A DNA stretch of 64,000 bases from Eledone cirrhosa (taxonomy: Eukaryota), in assembly GCA_964016885.1 (NCBI GenBank), contig OZ024740.1, positions 46,810,001 through 46,874,000 on the forward strand. Reading direction: 5' to 3'. The position numbers and the translations under genes are program-made. The first letter of the stretch is position 1. Every line of letters starts with the position of its first letter. Positions 13,201-26,399 of this stretch are shown here, in pieces. The notes under the pieces are model-generated. The model made no database searches. It had not been told where the DNA came from and saw only the letters and a program-made list of their open reading frames with translations.

Positions 13201-16200
13201 GAATGGGGGAATGAAGTAAAGTAGGAAGGAAGGTAGGAAGGATTCAGGGAAGGAATGAGGGAATGAAGGAAAGTAGGAAGGAAGGTAAGAAAGATTCAGG
13301 GAAGGAATGGGGGAATGAAGGAGAGTGGGAAGAAAGGTAGGAAGGATTCAGGGAAGGAATGGTAGAATGAAGGAAAGTAGGAAGGAAGGTTGGAAGGATT
13401 CAGGGAAGGAATGGGGGAATGAAGGAAAGTAGGAAGGAAGGTAAGAAGGAATCAGGGAAGGAATGGGGGAATGAAGGAAAGTAGGAAGTTAGGTAGGAAG
13501 GATTCAGGGAAGGAATGGGGGAATGAAGGAAAGTAGGAAGGAAGGTAGGAAGGATTCAGGGAAGGAATGGGGGAATGAAGGAAAGTAGGAAGGAAAGTAG
13601 GAAGGAAAGTAGGAAGGAAGGATTCAGGGAAGGAATGGGGGAATGAAGGAAAGTAGGAAGGAAGGTAGGTAGGATTCAGGGAAGGAATTGGGGAATGAAG
13701 GAAAGTAGGAAGGAAGGTAGGAAGGATTCAGGGAAGGAATGGGGGAATGAAGGAAAGTAGGAAGAAAGGTAGGTAGGATTCAGGGAAGGAATGGGGGAAT
13801 GAAGGAAAGCAGGAAGGAAGGTAGGAAGGAAAGTAGGAAGGAAGGATTCAGGGAAGGAATGGGGGAATGAAGGAAAGTAGGAAGGAAGGTAGGTAGGATT
13901 CAGGGAAGGAATTGGGGAATGAAGGAAAGTAGGAAGGAAGGTAGGAAGGATTCAGGGAAGGAATGGGGGAATGAAGGAAAGTAGGAAGAAAGGTAGGTAG
14001 GATTCAGGGAAGGAATGGGGGAATGAAGGAAAGCAGGAAGGAAGGTAGGAAGGATTTAGGGAAGGAATGGGGGAATGAAGGAAAGTAGGAAGAAAGGTAG
14101 GAAGGATTCAGAGAAGGAATGGGGGAATGAAGGAAAGTAGGAAGGAAGGTAAGAAAGATTCAGGGAAGGAATGGGGGAATGAAGGAGAGTGGGAAGAAAG
14201 GTAGGAAGGATTCAGGGAATGAATGGTAGAATGAAGGAAAGTAGGAAGGAAGGTTGGAAGGATTCAGGGAAGGAATGGGAGAATGAAGGAAAGTAGGAAG
14301 GAAGGTAAGAAGGAATCAGGGAAGGAATGGGGGAATGAAGGAAAGTAGGAAGGTAGGTAGGAAGGATTCAGGGAAGGAATGGGGGAATGAAGAAAAGTAG
14401 GAAGGAAGGTAGGAAGGATTCAGGGAAGGAATGGGGGAATGAAGGAGAGTGGTAAGAAAGGTAGGAAGGATTCAGGGAAGGAATGGGAGAATGAAGGAAA
14501 GTAGGAAGGAAGGTAGGAAGGATTCAGGGAAGGAATGGGGGAATGAAGGAAAGTAGGAAGGAAGGTAAGAAGGATTCAGGGAAGGAATGGGGGAATGAAG
14601 GCAAGCAGGAAGGAAGGAAGGTAGTAAGGATTCAGGGAAGGAATGGGGGAATGAAGGAAAGCAGGAAGAAAGGTAGGAAGGATTCAGGGAAGGAATGGGG
14701 GAATGAAGGAAAGCAGGAAGGAAGGTAGGAAGGATTCAGGGAAGGAAAGCAGGAAGGAAGGTAGGAAGGATTCAGGGAAGGAATGGAGGAATGAAGGAAA
14801 GTAGGAAGAAAGGTAGGAATGATTTTGGGAAGGAATGGAGGAATGAAGGTAAGCAGGAAGTAAGGTAGGAAGGATTCAGGGAAGGAATGGGGGGAATGAA
14901 GGAAAGTAGGAAGAAAGGTAGGAATGATTTACGGAAGGAATAGGGGAATGAAGGAAAGCAGGAAGGAAGGTAGGAAGGATTCAGGGAAGGAATGGGGGAA
15001 TGAAGGAAAGTAGGAAGAAAGGTAGGAACGATTCAGGGAAGGAATGGGGGAATGAAGGAAAGCAGGAAGGAAGGTAGGAAGGATTTTTAGGGAAGGAATG
15101 GGGGAATAAAGGAAAGTAGGAAGGAAGGTAGGAAGGATTCAGGGAAGGAATGGGGGAATGAAGGAAAGTAAGAAGAGAGGTAGGAAGGATTCAGGGAAGG
15201 AATGGGGGAATGAAGGAAAGTAGGAAGGAAGGTAGGTAGGATTAAGGGAAGGAATGGGAGAATGAAGGAAAGTAGGAAGGAAGAAAGGTAGGAAGGATTC
15301 AGGGAAGGAATGTGGGAATAAAGGAAAGTAGGAAGGAAGGTAAGAAAGATTCAGGGAAGGAATCAGGGAATGAAGGAGAGTGGGAAGAAAGGTAGGAAGG
15401 ATTCAGGGAAGGAATGGTAGAATGAAGGAAAGTAGGAAGGAAGGTTGGAAGGATTCAGGGAAGGAATGGGGGAATGAAGGAAAGTAGGAAGGAAGGTAAG
15501 AAGGAATCAGGGAAGGAATGGGGGAATGAAGGAAAGTAGGAAGTTAGGTAGGAAGGATTCAGGGAAGGAATGGGGGAATGAAGGAAAGTAGGAAGGAAGG
15601 TAGGAAGGATTCAGGGAAGGAATGGGGGAATGAAGGAAAACAGGAAGGAAGGTAGGAAGGATTCAGGGAAGGAAAGCAGGGAGGAAGGTAGGAAGGATTC
15701 AGGGAAGGAATGGAGGAATGAAGGAAAGTTGGAAGAAAGGTAGGAATGATTTTGGGAAGGAATGGGGGAATGAAGGAAAGTAGGAAGGAAGGATTCAGGG
15801 AAGGAATGGGGGAATGAAGGAAAGTAGGAAGGAAGGTTGGAAGGATTCGGGGAAGGAATGGGGGAATGAAGGAAAGTAGGAAGGAAGGTAAGAAGGAATC
15901 AGGGAAGGAATGGGGGAATGAAGGAAAGTAGGAAGGAAGGTAGGAAGGATTCAGGGAAGGAATGGGGGAATGAAGTAAAGCAGGAAGAAAGGTAGGAAGG
16001 ATTCAGGGAAGGAAAGCAGAGAGGAAGGTAGGAAGGATTCAGGGAAGGAATGGAGGAATGAAGGAAAGCAGGAAGAAAGGTAGGAAGGATTCAGGGAAGG
16101 AATGGGGGAATGAAGGAAAGTAGGAAGGAAAGTAGGAAGGAAAGTAGGAAGGAAGGATTCAGGGAAGGAATGGGGGAATGAAGGAAAGTAGGAAGGAAGG

Positions 16201-19200
16201 TAGGTAGGATTCAGGGAAGGAATTGGGGAATGAAGGAAAGTAGGAAGGAAGGTAGGAAGGATTCAGGGAAGGAATGGGGGAATGAAGGAAAGTAGGAAGA
16301 AAGGTAGGTAGGATTCAGGGAAGGAATGGGGGAATGAAGGAAAGCAGGAAGGAAGGTAGGAAGGATTTAGGGAAGGAATGGGGGAATGAAGGAAAGTAGG
16401 AAGAAAGGTAGGAAGGATTCAGAGAAGGAATGGGGGAATGAAGGAAAGTAGGAAGGAAGGTAAGAAAGATTCAGGGAAGGAATGGGGGAATGAAGGAGAG
16501 TGGGAAGAAAGGTAGGAAGGATTCAGGGAATGAATGGTAGAATGAAGGAAAGTAGGAAGGAAGGTTGGAAGGATTCAGGGAAGGAATGGGAGAATGAAGG
16601 AAAGTAGGAAGGAAGGTAAGAAGGAATCAGGGAAGGAATGGGGGAATGAAGGAAAGTAGGAAGGTAGGTAGGAAGGATTCAGGGAAGGAATGGGGGATTA
16701 AGAAAAGTAGGAAGGAAGGTAGGAAGGATTCAGGGAAGGAATGGGGGAATGAAGGAGAGTGGTAAGAAAGGTAGGAAGGATTCAGGGAAGGAATGGGAGA
16801 ATGAAGGAAAGTAGGAAGGAAGGTAGGAAGGATTCAGGGAAGGAATGGGGGAATGAAGGAAAGTAGGAAGGAAGGTAAGAAGGATTCAGGGAAGGAATGG
16901 GGGAATGAAGGCAAGCAGGAAGGAAGGAAGGTAGTAAGGATTCAGGGAAGGAATGGGGGAATGAAGGAAAGCAGGAAGAAAGGTAGGAAGGATTCAGGGA
17001 AGGAATGGGGGAATGAAGGAAAGCAGGAAGGAAGGTAGGAAGGATTCAGGGAAGGAAAGCAGGAAGGAAGGTAGGAAGGATTCAGGGAAGGAATGGAGGA
17101 ATGAAGGAAAGTAGGAAGAAAGGTAGGAATGATTTTGGGAAGGAATGGAGGAATGAAGGTAAGCAGGAAGTAAGGTAGGAAGGATTCAGGGAAGGAATGG
17201 GGGGAATGAAGGAAAGTAGGAAGAAAGGTAGGAATGATTTACGGAAGGAATAGGGGAATGAAGGAAAGCAGGAAGGAAGGTAGGAAGGATTCAGGGAAGG
17301 AATGGGGGAATGAAGGAAAGTAGGAAGAAAGGTAGGAACGATTCAGGGAAGGAATGGGGGAATGAAGGAAAGCAGGAAGGAAGGTAGGAAGGATTTTTAG
17401 GGAAGGAATGGGGGAATAAAGGAAAGTAGGAAGGAAGGTAGGAAGGATTCAGGGAAGGAATGGGGGAATGAAGGAAAGTAAGAAGAGAGGTAGGAAGGAT
17501 TCAGGGAAGGAATGGGGGAATGAAGGAAAGTAGGAAGGAAGGTAGGTAGGATTAAGGGAAGGAATGGGAGAATGAAGGAAAGTAGGAAGGAAGAAAGGTA
17601 GGAAGGATTCAGGGAAGGAATGTGGGAATAAAGGAAAGTAGGAAGGAAGGTAGGTAGGATTCAGGGAAGGAATGGGGGAATGAAGGAAAGTAGGAAGAAA
17701 GGTAGGTAGGATTCAGGGAAGGAATGGGGAATGAAGGAAAGTAGGAAGAAAGGTAGGAAGGATTCAGGGAACGAATGGGGGAATGAAGGAAAGTAGGAAG
17801 AAAGGCAGGTAGGATTCAGGGAAGGAATGAGGGAATGAAGGAAAGCAGGAGGGAAGGTAGGAAGGATTCAGGGAAGGAATGGGGGAATGAAGGAAGGTAG
17901 GAAGTATTCAGGGAAGGAATGGGGGAATGAAGGAAAACAGGAAGGAAGGTAGGAAGGATTCAGGGAAGGAATGGGGGAATGAAGGAAGGTAGGAAGGATT
18001 CAGGAAAGGAATGGGGGAATGAAGGAAAGTAGGAAGGAAGGTAAGAAGGATTCAGGGAAGGAATGGGGGAATGAAGTAAAGTAGGAAGGAAGGTAGGAAG
18101 GATTCAGGGAAGGAATGAGGGAATGAAGGAAAGTAGGAAGGAAGGTAAGAAAGATTCAGGGAAGGAATGGGGGAATGAAGGAGAGTGGGAAGAAAGGTAG
18201 GAAGGATTCAGGGAAGGAATGGTAGAATGAAGGAAAGTAGGAAGGAAGGTTGGAAGGATTCAGGGAAGGAATGGGGGAATGAAGGAAAGTAGGAAGGAAG
18301 GTAAGAAGGAATCAGGGAAGGAATGGGGGAATGAAGGAAAGTAGGAAGTTAGGTAGGAAGGATTCAGGGAAGGAATGGGGGAATGAAGGAAAGTAGGAAG
18401 GAAGGTAGGAAGGATTCAGGGAAGGAATGGGGGAATGAAGGAAAGTAGGAAGGAAAGTAGGAAGGAAAGTAGGAAGGAAGGATTCAGGGAAGGAATGGGG
18501 GAATGAAGGAAAGTAGGAAGGAAGGTAGGTAGGATTCAGGGAAGGAATTGGGGAATGAAGGAAAGTAGGAAGGAAGGTAGGAAGGATTCAGGGAAGGAAT
18601 GGGGGAATGAAGGAAAGTAGGAAGGAAAGTAGGAAGGAAAGTAGGAAGGAAGGATTCAGGGAAGGAATGGGGGAATGAAGGAAAGTAGGAAGGAAGGTAG
18701 GTAGGATTCAGGGAAGGAATTGGGGAATGAAGGAAAGTAGGAAGGAAGGTAGGAAGGATTCAGGGAAGGAATGGGGGAATGAAGGAAAGTAGGAAGGAAG
18801 GTAGGTAGGATTCAGGGAAGGAATTGGGGAATGAAGGAAAGTAGGAAGGAAGGTAGGAAGGATTCAGGGAAGGAATGGGGGAATGAAGGAAAGTAGGAAG
18901 AAAGGTAGGTAGGATTCAGGGAAGGAATGGGGGAATGAAGGAAAGCAGGAAGGAAGGTAGGAAGGATTTAGGGAAGGAATGGGGGAATGAAGGAAAGTAG
19001 GAAGAAAGGTAGGAAGGATTCAGAGAAGGAATGGGGGAATGAAGGAAAGTAGGAAGGAAGGTAAGAAAGATTCAGGGAAGGAATGGGGGAATGAAGGAGA
19101 GTGGGAAGAAAGGTAGGAAGGATTCAGGGAATGAATGGTAGAATGAAGGAAAGTAGGAAGGAAGGTTGGAAGGATTCAGGGAAGGAATGGGAGAATGAAG

Positions 19201-20100
19201 GAAAGTAGGAAGGAAGGTAAGAAGGAATCAGGGAAGGAATGGGGGAATGAAGGAAAGTAGGAAGGTAGGTAGGAAGGATTCAGGGAAGGAATGGGGGAAT
19301 GAAGAAAAGTAGGAAGGAAGGTAGGAAGGATTCAGGGAAGGAATGGGGGAATGAAGGAGAGTGGTAAGAAAGGTAGGAAGGATTCAGGGAAGGAATGGGA
19401 GAATGAAGGAAAGTAGGAAGGAAGGTAGGAAGGATTCAGGGAAGGAATGGGGGAATGAAGGAAAGTAGGAAGGAAGGTAAGAAGGATTCAGGGAAGGAAT
19501 GGGGGAATGAAGGCAAGCAGGAAGGAAGGAAGGTAGTAAGGATTCAGGGAAGGAATGGGGGAATGAAGGAAAGCAGGAAGAAAGGTAGGAAGGATTCAGG
19601 GAAGGAATGGGGGAATGAAGGAAAGCAGGAAGGAAGGTAGGAAGGATTCAGGGAAGGAAAGCAGGAAGGAAGGTAGGAAGGATTCAGGGAAGGAATGGAG
19701 GAATGAAGGAAAGTAGGAAGAAAGGTAGGAATGATTTTGGGAAGGAATGGAGGAATGAAGGTAAGCAGGAAGTAAGGTAGGAAGGATTCAGGGAAGGAAT
19801 GGGGGGAATGAAGGAAAGTAGGAAGAAAGGTAGGAATGATTTACGGAAGGAATAGGGGAATGAAGGAAAGCAGGAAGGAAGGTAGGAAGGATTCAGGGAA
19901 GGAATGGGGGAATGAAGGAAAGTAGGAAGAAAGGTAGGAACGATTCAGGGAAGGAATGGGGGAATGAAGGAAAGCAGGAAGGAAGGTAGGAAGGATTTTT
20001 AGGGAAGGAATGGGGGAATAAAGGAAAGTAGGAAGGAAGGTAGGAAGGATTCAGGGAAGGAATGGGGGAATGAAGGAAAGTAAGAAGAGAGGTAGGAAGG
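3150..20100 (+). repeat. Homogenised higher-order repeat (HOR) domain, about 7 units of 2.3-2.9 kb
   Basis: A near-identical variant block (GAAGGCAAGCAGG...GGTAGTAAGG, the source of the 61-aa ORFs) starts at 4229, 7086, 9630, 11941, 14543, 16853 and 19455. Spacings are 2857, 2544, 2311, 2602, 2310 and 2602. Confidence 0.9.
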
Positions 20101-23100
20101 ATTCAGGGAAGGAATGGGGGAATGAAGGAAAGTAGGAAGGAAGGTAGGTAGGATTAAGGGAAGGAATGGGAGAATGAAGGAAAGTAGGAAGGAAGAAAGG
20201 TAGGAAGGATTCAGGGAAGGAATGTGGGAATAAAGGAAAGTAGGAAGGAAGGTAGGTAGGATTCAGGGAAGGAATGGGGGAATGAAGGAAAGTAGGAAGA
20301 AAGGTAGGTAGGATTCAGGGAAGGAATGGGGAATGAAGGAAAGTAGGAAGAAAGGTAGGAAGGATTCAGGGAACGAATGGGGGAATGAAGGAAAGTAGGA
20401 AGAAAGGCAGGTAGGATTCAGGGAAGGAATGAGGGAATGAAGGAAAGCAGGAGGGAAGGTAGGAAGGATTCAGGGAAGGAATGGGGGAATGAAGGAAGGT
20501 AGGAAGTATTCAGGGAAGGAATGGGGGAATGAAGGAAAACAGGAAGGAAGGTAGGAAGGATTCAGGGAAGGAATGGGGGAATGAAGGAAGGTAGGAAGGA
20601 TTCAGGGAAGGAATGGCTGAATGAAGGAAAGTAGTATGGAAGGTAGGAAGGATTCAGGAAAGGAATGGGGGAATGAAGGAAAGTAGGAAGGAAGGTAAGA
20701 AGGATTCAGGGAAGGAATGGGGGAATGAAGTAAAGTAGGAAGGAAGGTAGGAAGGATTCAGGAAAGGAATGAGGGAATGAAGGAAAGTAGGAAGGAAGGT
20801 AAGAAAGATTCAGGGAAGGAATGGGGGAATGAAGGAGAGTGGGAAGAAAGGTAGGAAGGATTCAGGGAAGGAATGGTAGAATGAAGGAAAGTAGGAAGGA
20901 AGGTTGGAAGGATTCAGGGAAGGAATGGGGGAATGAAGGAAAGTAGGAAGGAAGGTAAGAAGGAATCAGGGAAGGAATGGGGGAATGAAGGAAAGTAGGA
21001 AGTTAGGTAGGAAGGATTCAGGGAAGGAATGGGGGAATGAAGGAAAGTAGGAAGGAAGGTAGGAAGGATTCAGGGAAGGAATGGGGGAATGAAGGAAAAC
21101 AGGAAGGAAGGTAGGAAGGATTCAGGGAAGGAAAGCAGGGAGGAAGGTAGGAAGGATTCAGGGAAGGAATGGAGGAATGAAGGAAAGTAGGAAGAAAGGT
21201 AGGAATGATTTTGGGAAGGAATGGGGGAATGAAGGAAAGTAGGAAGGAAGGATTCAGGGAAGGAATGGGGGAATGAAGGAAAGTAGGAAGGAAGGTAGGT
21301 AGGATTCAGGGAAGGAATTGGGGAATGAAGGAAAGTAGGAAGGAAGGTAGGAAGGATTCAGGGAAGGAATGGGGGACTGAAGGAAAGTAGGAAGGAAGGT
21401 AGGTAGGATTAAGGGAAGGAATGGGGAATGAAGGAAAGTAGGAAGGAAGAAGGAAGGTAGGAAGGATTCAGGTAAGGAATGGGGGAATGAAGGAAAGTAG
21501 GAAGGATTCAGGGAAGGATTCAGGGAAGGAATGGGGGAATGAAGGAAAGTAGGAAGGAAGGTAGGAAGGATTCAGGGAAGGAATGGGGGAATGAAGGAAA
21601 GTAGGAAGGAAGGTAGGAAGGATTCAGGGAAGGAATGGGGGAATGAAGGAAAGTAAGAAGAGAGGTAGGAAGGATTCAGGGAAGGAATGGGGGAATGAAG
21701 GAAAGTAGGAAGGAAGGTAGGTAGGATTAAGGGAAGGAATGGGAGAATGAAGGAAAGTAGGAAGGAAGAAAGGTAGGAAGGATTCAGGGAAGGAATGTGG
21801 GAATAAAGGAAAGTAGGAAGGAAGGTAGGTAGGATTCAGGGAAGGAATGGGGGAATGAAGGAAAGTAGGAAGAAAGGTAGGTAGGATTCAGGGAAGGAAT
21901 GGGGAATGAAGGAAAGTAGGAAGAAAGGTAGGAAGGATTCAGGGAACGAATGGGGGAATGAAGGAAAGTAGGAAGAAAGGCAGGTAGGATTCAGGGAAGG
22001 AATGAGGGAATGAAGGAAAGCAGGAGGGAAGGTAGGAAGGATTCAGGGAAGGAATGGGGGAATGAAGGAAGGTAGGAAGTATTCAGGGAAGGAATGGGGG
22101 AATGAAGGAAAACAGGAAGGAAGGTAGGAAGGATTCAGGGAAGGAATGGGGGAATGAAGGAAGGTAGGAAGGATTCAGGGAAGGAATGGCTGAATGAAGG
22201 AAAGTAGTATGGAAGGTAGGAAAGATTCAGGAAAGGAATGGGGGAATGAAGGAAAGTAGGAAGGAAGGTAAGAAGGATTCAGGGAAGGAATGGGAGAATG
22301 AAGTAAAGTAGGAAGGAAGGTAGGAAGGATTCAGGGAAGGAATGAGGGAATGAAGGAAAGTAGGAAGGAAGGTAAGAAAAATTCAGGGAAGGAATGGGGG
22401 AATGAAGGAGAGTGGGAAGAAAGGTAGGAAGGATTCAGGGAAGGAATGGTAGAATGAAGGAAAGTAGGAAGGAAGGTTGGAAGGATTCAGGGAAGGAATG
22501 GGGGAATGAAGGAAAGTAGGAAGGAAGGTAAGAAGGAATCAGGGAAGGAATGGGGGAATGAAGGAAAGTAGGAAGGTAGGTAGGAAGGATTCAGGGAAGG
22601 AATGGGGGAATGAAGGAAAGTAGGAAGGAAGGTAGGAAGGATTCAGGGAAGGAATGGGGGAATGAAGGAAAACAGGAAGGAAGGTAGGAAGGATTCAGGG
22701 AAGGAAAGCAGGGAGGAAGGTAGGAAGGATTCAGGGAAGGAATGGAGGAATGAAGGAAAGTAGGAAGAAAGGTAGGAATGATTTTGGGAAGGAATGGGGG
22801 AATGAAGGAAAGTAGGAAGGAAGGATTCAGGGAAGGAATGGGGGAATGAAGGAAAGTAGGAAGGAAGGTAGGTAGGATTCAGGGAAGGAATTGGGGAATG
22901 AAGGAAAGTAGGAAGGAAGGTAGGAAGGATTCAGGGAAGGAATGGGGGACTGAAGGAAAGTAGGAAGGAAGGTAGGTAGGATTAAGGGAAGGAATGGGGA
23001 ATGAAGGAAAGTAGGAAGGAAGAAGGAAGGTAGGAAGGATTCAGGTAAGGAATGGGGGAATGAAGGAAAGTAGGAAGGATTCAGGGAAGGATTCAGGGAA

Positions 23101-23220
23101 GGAATGGGGGAATGAAGGAAAGTAGGAAGGAAGGTAGGAAGGATTCAGGGAAGGAATGGGGGAATGAAGGAAAGTAGGAAGGAAGGTAGGAAGGATTCAG
23201 GGAAGGAATGGGGGAATGAA
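20075..23220 (+). repeat. 1,573-bp tandem duplication
   Basis: TAAGAAGAGAGG at 20081/21654, GTAGTATGG at 20631/22204 and the ACT of GGGGACTGA at 21376/22949 are all offset by 1573. Confidence 0.88.
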
Positions 23221-26200
23221 GGAAAGTAGGAAGGAAGGTAGGACGGATTCAGGGAAGGAATGGGGGAATGAAGAAAAGTAGGGAGGAAGGTAGGAAGGAT
23301 TCAGGGAAGGAATGGGGGAATGAAGGAAAGTAGGAAGGAAGGTAGGTAGGATTCAGGGAAGGAATGAAGGAATGAAGGAAAGTAGGAAGGAAGGTAGGAA
23401 GGATTCAGGGATGGAATGGGGGAATGAAGGAAAACAGGAAGGATGGTAGGAAGGATTTAGGGAAGGAATGGGGGAATGAAGGAAAGTAGGAAGAAAGGTA
23501 GGAAGGATTTAGGGAAAGAATGGGGGAATGAAGGAAAGCAGGAAGGAAGGTAGGAAGGATTTAGGGAAGGAATGGGGGAATGAAGGAAAGTAGGAAGAAA
23601 GGTAGGAAGGATTCAGGGAAGGAATGGGGGAATGAAGGAAAGCAGGAAGGAAGGTAGGAAGGATTCAGGGAAGGAATGGGGAATGAAGGAAAGTAGGAAG
23701 AAAGGTAGGAAGGATTTAGGGAAGAAATGGGGGAATGAAGGAAAGTAGGATGGAAGGTAGGAAGGAAGGTAGGAATGATTTAGGGAAGGAATGGGGGAAT
23801 GAAGGAAAGTAGCATGGAAGGTAGGAAGGATTCAGGGAAGGAATGTGGGAATGAAGGAAAGTAGGAAGAAAGGTAGGAAGGATTCAGGGAAGGAATGGAG
23901 GAATGAAGGAAAGTAGGTAGGAAGGTAGGTAGGATTCAGGGAAGGAATGGGGAATGAAGGAAAGTAGGAAGGAAGGTAGGTAGGATTCAGGGAAGGAATG
24001 GGGGAATAAAGGAAAGTAAGAAGGAAGGTAGGTAGGATTCAGGGAAGGAATTCGGAATGAAGGAAAGTAGGAAGGTAGGAAGAATCAGCGAAGGAATGTG
24101 GAATCAAGGAATGTAGGAAGGAAGGTAGGAAGTATTCAGGGAAGGAATGTGGGAATGAAGGAAAGTAGGAAGAAAGGCAGGTAGGATTCAGGGAAGGAAT
24201 GGGGAATGAAGGAAAGTAGGAAGGAAGGTAGGTAGGATTCAAGGAAGGAATGGGGGAATGAAGGAAAGCAGGAAGAAAGGTAGGAAGGATTCAGGGAAGG
24301 AATGGGGGAATGAAGGAAAGCAGGAGGGAAGGTAGGAAGGATTCAGGGAAGGAATGGGGGAATGAAGGAAGGTAGGAAGTATTCAGGGAAGGAATGGGGG
24401 AATGAAGGAAAACAGGAAGGAAGGTAGGAAGGATTCAGGGAAGGAATGGGGGAATGAAGGAAGGTAGGAAGGATTCAGGGAAGGAATGGCTGAATGAAGG
24501 AAAGTAGTAAGGAAGATAGGAAGGATTCAGGAAAGGAATGGGGGAATGAAGGAAAGTAGGAAGGAAGGTAAGAAGGATTCAGGGAAGGAATGGGGGAATG
24601 AAGGAAAGTAGGAAGGAAGGTAGGAAGGATTCAGGGAAGGAATGGGGGAATGAAGGAAAGTAGGAAGGAAGGTAAGAAAGATTCAGGGAAGGAATGGGGG
24701 AATGAAGGAAAGTAGGAAGGTAGGTAGGAAGGATTCAGGGAAGGAATGGGGGAATGAAAGAAAGTAGGAAGGAAGGTAGGAAGGATTCAGGGAAGGAATG
24801 GGGGAATGAAGGAAAGCAGGAAGGAAGGTAGGAAGGATTCAGGGAAGGAAAGCAGGGAGGAAGGTAGGAAGGATTCAGGGAAGGAATGGAGGAATGAAGG
24901 AAAGTAGGAAGAAAGGTAGGAATGATTTTGGGAAGGAATGGGGGAATGAAGGAAAGTAGGAAGGAAAGTAGGAAGGAAGGATTCAGGGAAGGAATGGGGG
25001 AATGAAAGAAAGTAGGAACGAAGGTAGGTAGGATTCAGGGAAGGAATTGGGGAATGAAGGAAAGTGGGAAGGAAGGTAGGAAGGATTCAGGGAAGGAATG
25101 GGAGACTGAAGGAAAGTAGGAAGAAAGGTAGGTAGGATTAAGGGAAGGAATGGGGAATGAAGGAAAGTAGGAAGGAAGAAAGAAGGTAGGAAGGATTCAG
25201 GTAAGGAATGGGGGAATGAAGGAAAGTAGGAAGGATTCAGGGAAGGATTCAGGGAAGGAATGGGGGAATGAAGTAAAGTAGGAAGGAAGGTAGGAAGGAT
25301 TCAGTGAAGGAATGGGGGAATGAAGGAAAGCAGGAAGAAAGGTAGGAAGGATTCAGGGAAGGAATGGGAGAATGAAGGAAAGTAGGAAGAAAGGTAGGAA
25401 GGATTCAGGGAAGGAATGGGGGACTGAAGGAAAGTAGGAAGGAAGGTACGTAGGATTCAGGGAAGGAATGGGGGAATGAAGGAAAGTAGGGAGAAAAGTA
25501 GGAAGGATTCAGGGAAGGAATGGGAATGAAGGAAAGTAGGAAGGAAGGTAGGAAGGATTCAGCGAAGGAATGTGGAATGAAGGAATGTAGGAAGGAAGGT
25601 AGGAAGGATTCAGGAAAGGAATGGGGGAATGAAGGAAAGTAGGAAGGAAGGTAGGAAGGATTCAGGGAAGGAATGGGGGAATGAAGGAAAGTAGGTAGGA
25701 AGGTAGGTAGGATTCAGGGAAGTAATGGGGAATGAAGTAAACTAGGAAGGAAGGTAGGAAGGATTCAGTGAAGGAATGGGTGAATGAAGGAAAGCAGGAA
25801 GAAAGGTAGGAGGGATTCAGGGAAGGAATGGGGGAATGAAGTAAAGTAGGAAGAAAGGTAGGAAGGATTCAGGGAAGGAATGGGGAAATGAAGTAAAGTA
25901 GGAAGGAAGGTAGGAAGGATTCAGGGAAGGAATGGGGGAATGAAGGAAAGTAGGAAGGAAGGTAGGAAGGATTCAGGGAAGGAATGGGGGAATGAAGGAA
26001 AGTAGGAAGAAAGGTAGGAAGGATTCAGGGAAGGAATGGGGGAATGAAGGAAAGTAGGAAGAAAGGTATAAAGGATTCAGGGAAGGAATGGGGGAATGAA
26101 GTAAAGTAGGAAGGAAGGTAGGGAGGATTCTGGGAAGGAATGGGGGAATGAAGGAAAGTAGGAAGGAAGGTAGGAACGATTCAGGGAAGGAATGGGGGAA

Positions 26201-26399
26201 TGACGGAAAGTAGGAAGGAAGGTAGGAAAGATTCAGGGAAGGAATGGGGGAATGAAGGAAAGTAGGAAGGAAGGTAGGAAGGATTCAGGGAAGGAATGGG
26301 GGAATGAAGGAAAGTAGGAAGAAAGGTAGGAAGGATTCAGGGAAGGAATGGGGGAATGAAGGAAAGTAGGAAGAAAGTTAGGAAGGATTCAGGGAAGGA

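Noticed and set aside
4229-19640. Seven near-identical 61-aa + strand ORFs (MKESRKEGKKDSGKEWGNEG...)
   Set aside because: They are translations of about 3.5 satellite monomers in which variants happen to remove TAG stops. They are low complexity and have no gene context. They are useful only as HOR markers.
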